64,000 bases of DNA, from NCBI GenBank assembly GCA_963851445.1, contig CAWKPH010000001.1, positions 159,943 through 223,942 on the forward strand, written 5' to 3'. This stretch comes from an uncultured bacterium. GTDB taxonomy: Bacteria; Patescibacteriota; Minisyncoccia; Phycocordibacterales; Phycocordibacteraceae. Each line of letters begins with the position of its first letter. Positions within the stretch are counted from its first letter, which is position 1. The translations under genes were made by a program, and so were the position numbers. This document shows, piece by piece, positions 9,565 to 18,978 of the stretch. The notes beneath the pieces are model-generated. The model was not told the DNA's origin. It ran no database searches and saw only the letters and a program-made list of their open reading frames with translations.

Positions 9565-12375
9565 CTATGAATGAAGAAGGTGGTTGAGTGTCTGAATGAG
9601 CTCCGCAATACCAGCTCCGACCGAAGCAAGGAGTGTAGAGCGATTGAGGGTAGTGCTTTCGGAAACGAGAGTTGTTGGTGCAGTCACACCGTAATTAGCA
9701 GCAGGGGTGCCAGGTGTCGGTGTGACGTTGAACTCATAGCTGGTCGGCTTAAAACCTGGGAGGTACGAGAGCAGATTCGGATCCGCGGTGTTATTCGACC
9801 AATTAGGTTCGGCGTTGTTATCGAAGACTTGTGCACCATTTACACAATTGGCGGTGTTGTTGTTTGAAGGCACAAGGTTATGGGTGAATTTAGCACTTGG
9901 TTCCTCTTGAAATAAGTACGGGACAATATTGTTTTCCACCGATACTGCTGGTGTGGAAGTGACCCCACAATTAGCATCTCCCACAGCTATCCATATTTGT
10001 CCGTCGTTACCACTTATATTTGTGCCGTCATCAAGAATAGTGTTATTCGCTACGATACCGCTATCAGTATCAAGCAATCCAACACCCCAGTATGAGCTCG
10101 TGATTATAGTGTTATCAAGAACTTGCACATTGTTCCAGACAATGCCGAGGGTGTCGAAAACATCAATCCCCTGGAGATTTCCTGGAAAGGCTGTAACACC
10201 CGGACTCCCGGTCGGCCCCGTCTGGCGTATGACGGTGTTGCCGCTGATGAGGACATTGCTATGCGCTTCAACAGGGGCGCCGTATCCTGTAAAGCCTTGG
10301 AAGGCGTCGTTGTGGTTGCTGTCACCAATGTAGTTGCTGTTGGTAAAGGTATTATTGGTCATGAACTGATTATTGTATCCAGTGTAGTCGAGTGCATCGT
10401 CGCCAAAGTCGTTGAGAGTGTTGCCGGAGAAGAGGCTGTTGTCGATGCCAAAGAAGATGCCAGCATCTACATTGGAGATCGCGTTATTTGTCACCTCAAC
10501 ACAACCCGAACCGCTGTATTCGCCCATATTCATATCCAATCCATTCGCCATTTGGTTTTGCCACTGCGTCGTGGTCCAGCCCTGAGAGCTGTCGACGGTA
10601 TTGATGGTATTGCCATCAAGGATGATATCGGTTACGGGGAGTGATTGACCATTGGGGTTTATATGCACAATCCACGCATAGGGCGCCGCTTCTGGTCCCG
10701 TTTGAATCTTGAGGCCATGGATATACCAGTGGCTAGCACCGTTCACGGTGAGTGTGTGGAGAATTGGTGTCTGCCCAGGAGCTGCTTCAAGGCCGATAAA
10801 ACCGCTGTTAACATTCGTAATGGTGACGTCGCCGTAGTTACCGGATTCGAGATAGATGACGTCGCCAGGTTGAACAGGGCCCGAGCCCCCGACCTCGGTT
10901 GCAAGCACGGTTGCAAGCGAAGTCCATGGGTTGCTTTGCGAGCCGTTTTGTCCAACTGATGAAGCTGTGGGATTCACATAAAAAGCAGTGCTGAAAGATG
11001 ACGGAGCCGAAGGGCAATTAAGGGAACTGAAGTTCAGAATGGGAGGGGTGCTAGAAGATGAAACAGTCACCGTAGCCGACCCTGTCGCATTCCCTCCCGC
11101 TCCCGTACACGTAATCGAGTACGTGGTCGAAGTGGTTGGAGAGACTGAAGTGGAGCCACTCGTACCGCTTCCTGAGAAGCCAGTGGTGGTACACGAAGAA
11201 GCGTTTGTTGAACTCCACGTGAGGGTTGAGGATCCTCCTGAAGTTATAGAAGTTGGTGATGCAGAGAGAGAGACGGTTGGGGCTGGAGTAGCAGCATTCA
11301 CCGATATCGTAGCCGATCCTGTCGCACTTCCCCCTGCTCCTGTACACGTGACAGAGTAGGTGGTGGAGGTGGTTGGAGAGACGGTAGCTGAGCCACTGGT
11401 GCCGCTACCGCTAAAGCCGCTCGTGGTGCAGGAGGTTGCATTAGTGCTGCCCCACGTAAGGGTTGAGGACTGACCTGAGGTGATGGAGGTTGGTGAGGCG
11501 GAAAGAGAGACGGTTGGTGTCGGGGTGCTCTGAGAATTCACTGTCACGGTTGCTGAGCCTGTGGCTGAGCCTCCAGTACCTGTACAGGTGATGGCATAGG
11601 TAGTGGAAGTGGTTGGGGAGACGGAGAGACTCCCGCTCGTGCCATTTGCCGTGATGAAGTCCGTAGAGGTGCAAGAGTTAGCATTCGTTGAGCTCCAGGT
11701 GAGGGTTGAAGATCCTCCTGAAGTTATAGAGGTTGGTGATGCAGAGAGAGAGACGGTTGGTGCCGCTGGCGGGGGCGGGGTACTAGTGACGGTCACCAGC
11801 ACACTTTGGGACATACTTTTCTTGCCGCTCGAACACGTAAGGGTGTAAGTGGTAGAGAGGGCTGGGGTAACTGATAATGTACCATTGGGATTTTCTGAGC
11901 CGCTCCAACCACCGGAAGCACTACAGGACGAAGCGTTAGTTGTCGTCCACGATAGTGTGGTTCCCTGACCGGGAGCTATGTTTGTGGGAGATGCGGTAAG
12001 GGTAAGTGATATAAAGCCGGATTTTGGATTCGCCGCATTGAGCGCAGCTGCAGTAAGGGAACCGACGTACCCGGTGCCGTGCGTAAGATTAAGAGGTGTC
12101 AGTATGATATTTGCGTATGCATCCTGAAAGGCGACGACGGCTTGTTTGGTAACGTTACCAAAGAAGCCAGTTGCCACGGGATACATAAAGAACCCCTCAT
12201 CTTTAAGTATCTGTTGAAGGAGAACGACTGCATTCCCTTGTGATCCAAATTGTAATCCTGGTTCAATAGCTTGAGCTCTGGTTGGAACGGCGAAGGTGAC
12301 AAAAAAGAGAAGGAAGACAAGGGAGAAAATGAGACTCTTCTTCATGGAAATAGTGTTATGGGTACCACAGGTCAA
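9565..12375 (-). CDS. Large secreted surface protein: signal peptide, peptidoglycan-binding domain, four Ig/PKD-like repeats, C-terminal right-handed beta-helix (pectate-lyase-like) domain
   Basis: 936 aa. N-terminal signal peptide. PG_binding_1-like segment (LQFGSQGNAVVLLQQILKDEGFF...GNVTKQAVVAFQ). Four ~88-aa repeats (VSLSASPTSITSGGSSTLTWSSTNA.SC...TTYS.TCTG.GG). C-terminal NxxI/beta-helix repeats (NNTI..., DNTI...). Confidence 0.8.
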   Translation of the reverse strand: MTCGTHNTISMKKSLIFSLVFLLFFVTFAVPTRAQAIEPGLQFGSQGNAVVLLQQILKDEGFFMYPVATGFFGNVTKQAVVAFQDAYANIILTPLNLTHGTGYVGSLTAAALNAANPKSGFISLTLTASPTNIAPGQGTTLSWTTTNASSCSASGGWSGSENPNGTLSVTPALSTTYTLTCSSGKKSMSQSVLVTVTSTPPPPAAPTVSLSASPTSITSGGSSTLTWSSTNANSCTSTDFITANGTSGSLSVSPTTSTTYAITCTGTGGSATGSATVTVNSQSTPTPTVSLSASPTSITSGQSSTLTWGSTNATSCTTSGFSGSGTSGSATVSPTTSTTYSVTCTGAGGSATGSATISVNAATPAPTVSLSASPTSITSGGSSTLTWSSTNASSCTTTGFSGSGTSGSTSVSPTTSTTYSITCTGAGGNATGSATVTVSSSSTPPILNFSSLNCPSAPSSFSTAFYVNPTASSVGQNGSQSNPWTSLATVLATEVGGSGPVQPGDVIYLESGNYGDVTITNVNSGFIGLEAAPGQTPILHTLTVNGASHWYIHGLKIQTGPEAAPYAWIVHINPNGQSLPVTDIILDGNTINTVDSSQGWTTTQWQNQMANGLDMNMGEYSGSGCVEVTNNAISNVDAGIFFGIDNSLFSGNTLNDFGDDALDYTGYNNQFMTNNTFTNSNYIGDSNHNDAFQGFTGYGAPVEAHSNVLISGNTVIRQTGPTGSPGVTAFPGNLQGIDVFDTLGIVWNNVQVLDNTIITSSYWGVGLLDTDSGIVANNTILDDGTNISGNDGQIWIAVGDANCGVTSTPAVSVENNIVPYLFQEEPSAKFTHNLVPSNNNTANCVNGAQVFDNNAEPNWSNNTADPNLLSYLPGFKPTSYEFNVTPTPGTPAANYGVTAPTTLVSESTTLNRSTLLASVGAGIAELIQTLNHLLHS
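10960..12015 (-). repeat. Four tandem ~265-bp intragenic repeats encoding the Ig-like modules
   Basis: Near-identical nucleotide blocks recur at about 265-bp spacing. Example: gagggttgaggatcctcctgaagttatagaagttggtgatgcagagagagagacggttgg near 11222, 11701 and related copies. Confidence 0.7.
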
Positions 12376-12489
12376 TTATAACTATCCACCCAGAATATAA
12401 CTCGGGCACTGTGTATAAGCCTTTAAGACATTTATAGGGTCCACCTCCGATCTGGCACAAATCACTGCGGTTACCTCTGTCTTGGCCAA

Positions 12490-12666
12490 TTACACTCCAA
12501 AATATTTACCGAGCTTGAACCCGGCCCAGATACCAATAAGACCGCCGATTGCGCTCAGAATGACTGAGCTAAATGAGAAAAATCCTGCGGTAGAATCCCA
12601 CAGGACTGGTAGTGTACCTCCGATTGTCGAACCAATACCAAGACCAATCCAGATGAATTTCTTCAT
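12490..12666 (-). CDS. Small (58 aa) glycine-zipper membrane protein, not in the ORF track
   Basis: Manual translation: MKKFIWIGLGIGSTIGGTLPVLWDSTAGFFSFSSVILSAIGGLIGIWAGFKLGKYFGV*. Same strand as both neighbours. The 83-aa plus-strand ORF on the other strand is low-complexity and likely spurious. Confidence 0.45.
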   Translation of the reverse strand: MKKFIWIGLGIGSTIGGTLPVLWDSTAGFFSFSSVILSAIGGLIGIWAGFKLGKYFGV

Positions 12667-12706
12667 TGAATATATCTTACCGCATCTAATTTATATAACC
12701 GATGTA

Positions 12707-13264
12707 TTACTGTGCGGTCGGGGCTTGCGGTGAGTTGCCGTACATCCCATACCCATTCCCTGCGGAGCTAGGCGTTGAAGAACCCATTCCCGGGTACATC
12801 ATTCTCATACCACGGAACTGACCAGGTGCTGGGGGCGTACCAGTTAGAATGCGAAACGCTGCGATAGAAGCATCGGCTTGTGGCACGCCAATAACCTCTA
12901 CTTGTTCGCCCACAGAGAGTTGGTTAAAGGTGATCATAGTTGGGGTCGAAGAAGCAGTTACGAAATTTTCTATAGTTGTGGTTGCAGTTGTCGTAACATT
13001 TTCGGTTGTACCGTTTTGGAGTGTCAGCGTGAAGCCATTATCACTAAGGACTTCAATTGAACCGGTCACGAATCCACCATACATCATATGGTGACCATAG
13101 GGAGTTGTAGAGGCGTTGCCGTTCGACATTCCAGGTCCTTGAAGATTGCGATGCCATCCAAGTGCTGCGGCGACCTGTGGGTTCGAGAATGCATACCATC
13201 CCCCGAGTGCAACGATTATTATAAGGAGACCAACGCCAATGCTTATGGATGTGGATTTTTTCAT
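12707..13264 (-). CDS. Secreted hypothetical protein
   Basis: Signal peptide/TM (SISIGVGLLIIIVALGGWYAF), Thr-rich middle, Met/Gly/Tyr-rich C-terminus. Confidence 0.55.
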   Translation of the reverse strand: MKKSTSISIGVGLLIIIVALGGWYAFSNPQVAAALGWHRNLQGPGMSNGNASTTPYGHHMMYGGFVTGSIEVLSDNGFTLTLQNGTTENVTTTATTTIENFVTASSTPTMITFNQLSVGEQVEVIGVPQADASIAAFRILTGTPPAPGQFRGMRMMYPGMGSSTPSSAGNGYGMYGNSPQAPTAQ

Positions 13265-13306
13265 ACGAGCGATAGATACATTGGGTTGCTATACGAAAAT
13301 TATAAA

Positions 13307-14041
13307 TTAGGATTGACTCGCATTTGATGGGGCTACGTGTGGAGTGCGTACCATAATGTTTACGCTCGTCGCACTAGCGACATTACCCGAACTATCTTTT
13401 GTACCCATAACCACTACGCGCTGACCAACCGCAAGATCACCAGCAGTGTCTACCTGGCCGTTCTTCTTGTACGTAGTCGCACCTGTAGTTGTGATGGTGA
13501 CAGTCGAGGTACCAGTCTTTGTCTTATGGGTAAGTGTAAACGTCGAGCCATCTACATTCGCAACGGTTCCAAATGAGGCATTTTGACTCGCGCTCCCATA
13601 CCAGCTCCTTCTTGCAGTCGCAGTACGAACAGGGATACCGTCATGGACTGTCGTTGCAGTAACTGAATTACCGCTCACCGTACCTTGCACCGCAACCATA
13701 TCGTTCACCGCAATGTTTGAAAGCGCAAGTGTGGTCTCGTTCTTCCCAAACCCCTTTTCTATACTTGCATTGGTTGCATCAACGCTGTAAGCGGTACCCT
13801 TACTAGTAGTAACTGTAAGCGTGGGGCCATTAATAGCTGAGACCGTGCCAATGACCACGGGGCGCGTACCTTTGTGTATAAAACGGCCGCTATAGGCGGA
13901 AGAAATGACATTGGTGGTTGCCGCAAACGCAGGAATACCTATGAGAAGGGTTATCACGGTTGCACCACCTACAAATAATGCTTGAGTTTTGCTGATCTTT
14001 TTGTTCATGAGGTCAATAGTTACTGCACGAGCGTTCGTCAA
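13307..14041 (-). CDS. Secreted DUF5666-like repeat protein
   Basis: N-terminal TM, then two similar beta-rich modules (..GTVSAINGPTLTVTT.. / ..GTVANVDGSTFTLTH..), typical of DUF5666-type proteins. Confidence 0.55.
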   Translation of the reverse strand: MTNARAVTIDLMNKKISKTQALFVGGATVITLLIGIPAFAATTNVISSAYSGRFIHKGTRPVVIGTVSAINGPTLTVTTSKGTAYSVDATNASIEKGFGKNETTLALSNIAVNDMVAVQGTVSGNSVTATTVHDGIPVRTATARRSWYGSASQNASFGTVANVDGSTFTLTHKTKTGTSTVTITTTGATTYKKNGQVDTAGDLAVGQRVVVMGTKDSSGNVASATSVNIMVRTPHVAPSNASQS

Positions 14042-14106
14042 AGCCCTGATTTACGTTCCACTATATGAGGGTCCTTTCACTATATACGTATGGTTCTCCA
14101 TGAGCG

Positions 14107-14589
14107 TTGCATGGCATACTTATTTATATGGAAGATACGAATGATATCCCCCGCACGTACTCAGCCGGCGGCATAGTGCTCGGTACGGCAGGCCAAGTGG
14201 TACTCGTGCAAGGAAAGAATGGCAACGGAGCATGGTTATTTCCGAAAGGCCATATAGAGGAGGGCGAAACAAAGGAGGAAGCTGCTCGGCGTGAAATTCA
14301 AGAAGAAACTGGCCTCAAGAATTTAGAGTATGTTGGCGAACTCGGGAGTTTTGAGCGACATCCTATCAATAAAGATGGTACCTACCGAATTAGTGAAATA
14401 AAGGTTATGTATATGTTCCTCTTTTTTGCAGAAGAGGGCGCAATTCTCGCGCCAGAAATGCCTGAGGAAATCGGGGAGGCTCGCTGGTTTCCGTATCGTG
14501 AACTTGCAAATCATATTGGGAACGAGAAGGAACGGGTCTGGTATGCCTCGGTCTTTGATCGTGTACGTGAAGCGATCCAACGCGACTGA
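14107..14589 (+). CDS. NUDIX hydrolase
   Basis: Nudix box GHIEEGETKEEAARREIQEETG (Gx5Ex7REUxEExGU). Confidence 0.85.
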   Translation: MHGILIYMEDTNDIPRTYSAGGIVLGTAGQVVLVQGKNGNGAWLFPKGHIEEGETKEEAARREIQEETGLKNLEYVGELGSFERHPINKDGTYRISEIKVMYMFLFFAEEGAILAPEMPEEIGEARWFPYRELANHIGNEKERVWYASVFDRVREAIQRD

Positions 14590-14604
14590 TTCAAGAAATC
14601 AGCT

Positions 14605-15789
14605 TTAGCGAACTGCTTTCGCGACTGCAGGAACTACACGCTTATCGAGGTTATCGGGAAGGATCTTATTCGCACTTGGCTTTGGTACAAGCTGTGCAAG
14701 TGCTTTCGCCGCACGCAGTTTCGTTTCGTTCGTAATCTTATGAATTCCTCTATCAAGAGCACCGCGAAAGACACCCGGAAATACCAGCGAGTTATTGATT
14801 TGATTTGGAAAGTCCGAGCGACCGGTTGCAATGACCGCAGCTCCTGCACGCTCGGCATCGCTAGGCATGATTTCTGGCAGCGGGTTTGCAAGTGCGAATA
14901 CAATCGCCTTACCGGCCATAACCTTGATATGGCTAGGCGTTAGGAGACCTGGACCGGAAACGCCTATGAAAACGTCCGCTTCAATAAGGGCGTCCATCAG
15001 ATCTCCTGAAACAACACGGGGGTTTGTCGTTTCCGCCACTTCTTGCTTAATGGTTGGTAGATCCTTGCGTCCTTGATTAATGATGCCCTGGCGATCCGTC
15101 ATGATGATGTCCTTAATACCCGCGATCGTGAGCAGTTTCATGATTGCGATTCCCGCAGCGCCTGTTCCTGAAATTACTACTCGTAGCTTCTTAAAATCTT
15201 TCTTCACAACTTTGGCAGCATTCATGAGGCCTGCAAGCACCACGATTGCCGTACCGTGCTGATCGTCATGCATGACAGGAATATCGAGTGCTTCAATAAG
15301 GCGACGTTCAATTTCAAAACAATTCGGAGCCGCGAAATCCTCGAGATTTATACCGCCAAATCCTGGCGCAATTGCGATGATCGTCTGTACGATCTCATCG
15401 ATATTCTGTGTTGAGAGTACGATTGGCCACGCATCGATATTTGCGAGTTCTTTGAAAATAAGTGCCTTCCCTTCCATAACGGGTAATGCGCCGTAGGGAC
15501 CTATGTTTCCTAGACCAAGGACGGCGGAACCATCGGAGATTACTGCAACACTATTTCTTTTGAGCGAATACATCCGGGCTTCTTCTGGATGCCCTGCAAG
15601 GAACCGCGCCATCGTCGCAACGCCCGGCGTGTAATACAGGGCGAGGTCCTCCTTGTTGCGAAGCTTTACGCGTCCTTTCGTTTCAATGCGCGCACCGACC
15701 TTTTTGAATGACCCTAGGATTTTTTGCGTTCTCAACGCATTTCTTTTTGTAGCGGGTAGTACTGCTTTTTTCGGCTTCTTTTTTGGCAT
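14605..15789 (-). CDS. NAD(P)-dependent malic enzyme (short form)
   Basis: ...LALYYTPGVA..., GTGAAGIA Rossmann motif, 394 aa. Confidence 0.85.
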   Translation of the reverse strand: MPKKKPKKAVLPATKRNALRTQKILGSFKKVGARIETKGRVKLRNKEDLALYYTPGVATMARFLAGHPEEARMYSLKRNSVAVISDGSAVLGLGNIGPYGALPVMEGKALIFKELANIDAWPIVLSTQNIDEIVQTIIAIAPGFGGINLEDFAAPNCFEIERRLIEALDIPVMHDDQHGTAIVVLAGLMNAAKVVKKDFKKLRVVISGTGAAGIAIMKLLTIAGIKDIIMTDRQGIINQGRKDLPTIKQEVAETTNPRVVSGDLMDALIEADVFIGVSGPGLLTPSHIKVMAGKAIVFALANPLPEIMPSDAERAGAAVIATGRSDFPNQINNSLVFPGVFRGALDRGIHKITNETKLRAAKALAQLVPKPSANKILPDNLDKRVVPAVAKAVR

Positions 15790-15867
15790 ATGAATGGCTA
15801 GGAGTTTCTAGTATACCGTGAGGCTTTCGTTTTCCCTCCTAACCCCTAAAAAGATATACTTTACAGT

Positions 15868-18066
15868 ATGCAGTCGGATGATCCTCTCGTTAGACACTTC
15901 GCCCGACTCCGTAGCGATCAAAAAGCGGCACTTGAACGACTGGGTATTCGTACCATCCGAGACCTTTTGTATCACTTCCCCGCGCGCTATGAAGCTGCGG
16001 GCCCAACAGGCACGATCGTTAGTGCTACACCCGGAACCGATGTAACGCTTTTTGGCACAATCAGGAAGCCAGAAATGCGTAAGGCCTGGAAGAGCAGGAG
16101 GCCCATTGCTGAGGCATGGCTTGAGGATGCGTCTGGAAAGATAAAACTTATGTGGTTCAACCAGCCCTATATCGCGAAGATGCTCGCAGACGGAATGGTA
16201 GTACGTGCAAGCGGTCGCATGTCAGGAACTGCTGAGAAAATGTACCTTGCGAATCCGGAAATTGATCGGTCTCCTATTACACCCGAGGATGTGCATGACA
16301 CACTGTTCACGAAAGCCGAAGGTATTTTCGACGAAACGCTATACGCAATTTATCCAGAAAGTAAGGGGATTTCATCACTTTGGTTCCTGCATGCACTAAA
16401 GCGTGTGTTTGAAGCGCATGTGCACGAAACGATTCCCGATCCGATCCCTAAGGACATCCTTGAAAAATACAACTTGCCGATACTCGCAAGTGCCTTGGTA
16501 TGGATTCATGCGCCTCGCACAACCGATAATGCCGCAGCAGCAAGGAAGCGATTCGCTTTTGAAGAAGTGTTTATGCTCCAACTTGCTCTCGCGGAGGCAC
16601 GGCGTGAGGCCTCCCAAGAAAAAGCACTCCCGGTAACGGTCGATCGCAGAGCGATCAAGGATTTTATTTCGACCTTCCCGTTTCCACCTACCGAGGCTCA
16701 GCAGAAATCTATCGATGAGATCGTTACGGACTTCGAGAAGCCACATCCTATGCGTCGCCTGCTTGAAGGTGATGTGGGCAGCGGGAAAACTGCTGTTGCG
16801 GCAGCGACAGCGTACCTCGTCGCTACCTCGCGGCCGCCTCGAGGCTCTGTATCGACTACTGGGAAAACAGTGCTTCGCGATTCTGGCACTCTTCAAGTCG
16901 CCTATATGTGTCCAACAGAAATACTCGCAAAGCAGCATTTTTCTACCTTTGTCTCTTATTTCAAAGATCATCCCATTCCAATCGGGCTTATCACTGGCAG
17001 TGAGTGTCGCAAATTCCCCTCGAAGATTAAGCGCGAAGAATCCACGAAGATATCACGTGCACAATTCAGAAAATGGGTAGCAAATGGCGAGATCCCGATT
17101 GTTATTGGCACGCATGCACTTATTCAGAAATCGCTTGAGTTTAAAACACTTGCGTACGCGATCATCGATGAGCAACATCGCTTTGGAAAAGTCGCGCGTC
17201 ATCACCTTGCACAAAAGAACGGACTCTGGCCACATCTCCTTTCCATGACTGCTACCCCTATCCCGCGCACGCTTGCTCTCACCATTTATGGAGATCTCGA
17301 CCTTTCTCTACTCGACCAAATGCCTCTAGGTCGTAAACCAATCATTACCGAGGTCTTAGGTCCCGAAAAACGAGAGCGTGCCTATGAGCGTGTGCGTGAA
17401 GAAATGAAAAAAGGACACCAAGCATATGTCATCTGTCCACGCATCAATGAACCTGATCCGATGAAAGAGCTCGCCATCCAGGCGAAGTCAGTGAAGGCCG
17501 AGGCGGAACGACTTAGGAAAGAGGTATTCCCCGAAGCCACCATTGGCATACTTCATAGCAAAATGACTCCTGCAGAAAAGGAAATGGCTATGAACAAGTT
17601 CGAGAATGGCGAGACAAATATTCTTGTTGCAACGTCAGTCGTGGAGGTCGGTGTAAATGTACCAAATGCGACCGTCATACTGATTGAAGGAGCCGAACGT
17701 TTCGGTCTTTCGCAACTACATCAACTACGGGGTCGCGTTATTCGTTCAAACAACCAAGCATATTGTTTCGTGCTGCCAGAAAAATTAGGGCTCCAGACTA
17801 GAGATCGACTCAAGGCGCTCACAACTGCGAAAAATGGTTTTGAACTGGCCGAATACGATCTTGCACTACGAGGTGCCGGTGAATTCTATGGCGCGCGGCA
17901 ATGGGGTATATCTGACATCACCATGGAAGCAATCAAGAATTTGAAGCTAGTAGAAGCAGCGCGTACAGAATCTGCCAAGCTTATTAAGGATGATCCGACA
18001 CTCGCGAAGCATCCACTCCTACGTGTGCTGCTTGTCGGCAAAGCAGAAAAAATTCATATTGAGTAA
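15868..18066 (+). CDS. recG: ATP-dependent DNA helicase RecG
   Basis: N-terminal wedge domain, DEAD-box helicase motif I GDVGSGKT, DEQHRFG, helicase C motifs. 732 aa. Confidence 0.85.
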   Translation: MQSDDPLVRHFARLRSDQKAALERLGIRTIRDLLYHFPARYEAAGPTGTIVSATPGTDVTLFGTIRKPEMRKAWKSRRPIAEAWLEDASGKIKLMWFNQPYIAKMLADGMVVRASGRMSGTAEKMYLANPEIDRSPITPEDVHDTLFTKAEGIFDETLYAIYPESKGISSLWFLHALKRVFEAHVHETIPDPIPKDILEKYNLPILASALVWIHAPRTTDNAAAARKRFAFEEVFMLQLALAEARREASQEKALPVTVDRRAIKDFISTFPFPPTEAQQKSIDEIVTDFEKPHPMRRLLEGDVGSGKTAVAAATAYLVATSRPPRGSVSTTGKTVLRDSGTLQVAYMCPTEILAKQHFSTFVSYFKDHPIPIGLITGSECRKFPSKIKREESTKISRAQFRKWVANGEIPIVIGTHALIQKSLEFKTLAYAIIDEQHRFGKVARHHLAQKNGLWPHLLSMTATPIPRTLALTIYGDLDLSLLDQMPLGRKPIITEVLGPEKRERAYERVREEMKKGHQAYVICPRINEPDPMKELAIQAKSVKAEAERLRKEVFPEATIGILHSKMTPAEKEMAMNKFENGETNILVATSVVEVGVNVPNATVILIEGAERFGLSQLHQLRGRVIRSNNQAYCFVLPEKLGLQTRDRLKALTTAKNGFELAEYDLALRGAGEFYGARQWGISDITMEAIKNLKLVEAARTESAKLIKDDPTLAKHPLLRVLLVGKAEKIHIE

Positions 18067-18071
18067 TTTCT

Positions 18072-18971
18072 TTAGGTAAACACGAACCTAAGAAGAGCCA
18101 TTCTGATGAGTACGCCATATTTTGCTTGCTTGAAATATGCTGCTTTTGGAGATGCGTCGACTTCCGGAGCTATCTCATCGACGCGCGGCAGCGGATGCAT
18201 GATGATCGACTTCGGTTTCATCATGTCTGCCTGCTTCATCGTGATGATGTATCTTCCTTTGTGTTTTTCATAGCTTTCGATATCCGGAAATCGTTCCTTC
18301 TGAATGCGTGTCTGGTATATCACATCAACTTTTCCCAGTGTGCTTTCGAGGTCTTCAACTTCCGTATAGGGCACCTTGTGCCTTTCTAGATATTCTTTTA
18401 TATCCTCACCGACAGCGAGTTCTCGAGGCGAGACGAAGAGAATTGTGATCCCGGTATATTTGCCTAAAAGATACGCTAATGATCTTACTGTCCTGCCATT
18501 CTTCAGATCTCCCACAAATGCGACCGTGAGGTTATCCAAGCGGCCGAGCTCGCGTTGTATCGTGTAGAGATCGAGGAGCGCTTGCGTCGGATGCTGTCCG
18601 GGCCCATCTCCGGCATTGATGATGGGGGTAGCAGAAATTTTTGCGGCGCGCTCACACGCTCCAATCTCGTTGTGACGCATGACGATGACGTCGGCATAGT
18701 AATTAATGACTGCGATCGAATCTTCGAGTGTCTCTCCTTTTGCTGCAGATGAGAACTCCCGAGCGTTCTCGGTCGTAATGACGCTTCCTCCGAGACGGAG
18801 CATCGCTGACTCGAAAGAAAACCGAGTTCTGGTGCTCGGTTCGTAAAAGAGGGAGGCCATGATCTTGCCTTTCATCGAATCATCGTGTGCGGTCTCAAGA
18901 TAAGTCGCATCGGTGAAGATCCTCTTGATGTCCTCGCATGATAGGTCTTGTGAATAAACGATGTGTCTCAT
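18072..18971 (-). CDS. pyrB: Aspartate carbamoyltransferase catalytic subunit
   Basis: STRTRFSFE carbamoyl-phosphate binding motif, HPTQALLD, 299 aa. Confidence 0.9.
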   Translation of the reverse strand: MRHIVYSQDLSCEDIKRIFTDATYLETAHDDSMKGKIMASLFYEPSTRTRFSFESAMLRLGGSVITTENAREFSSAAKGETLEDSIAVINYYADVIVMRHNEIGACERAAKISATPIINAGDGPGQHPTQALLDLYTIQRELGRLDNLTVAFVGDLKNGRTVRSLAYLLGKYTGITILFVSPRELAVGEDIKEYLERHKVPYTEVEDLESTLGKVDVIYQTRIQKERFPDIESYEKHKGRYIITMKQADMMKPKSIIMHPLPRVDEIAPEVDASPKAAYFKQAKYGVLIRMALLRFVFT

Positions 18972-18978
18972 TGCTATA

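Noticed and set aside
9929-11848. Plus-strand ORFs inside the 936-aa surface-protein gene (for example 10123-10644, 10988-11359)
   Set aside because: Antisense read-through of the repeat-rich gene. Val/Glu-rich artefactual products with no independent signals.
12482-12733. 83-aa plus-strand ORF (MANYTPKYLPSLNPAQIPIRPP...)
   Set aside because: Low-complexity Pro/Ile-rich product, opposite in strand to both neighbours. The antisense 58-aa membrane protein is a better coding candidate.
16396-16971. 191-aa minus-strand ORF within recG
   Set aside because: Antisense to an intact, motif-rich RecG. Cys/Arg-rich junk product.
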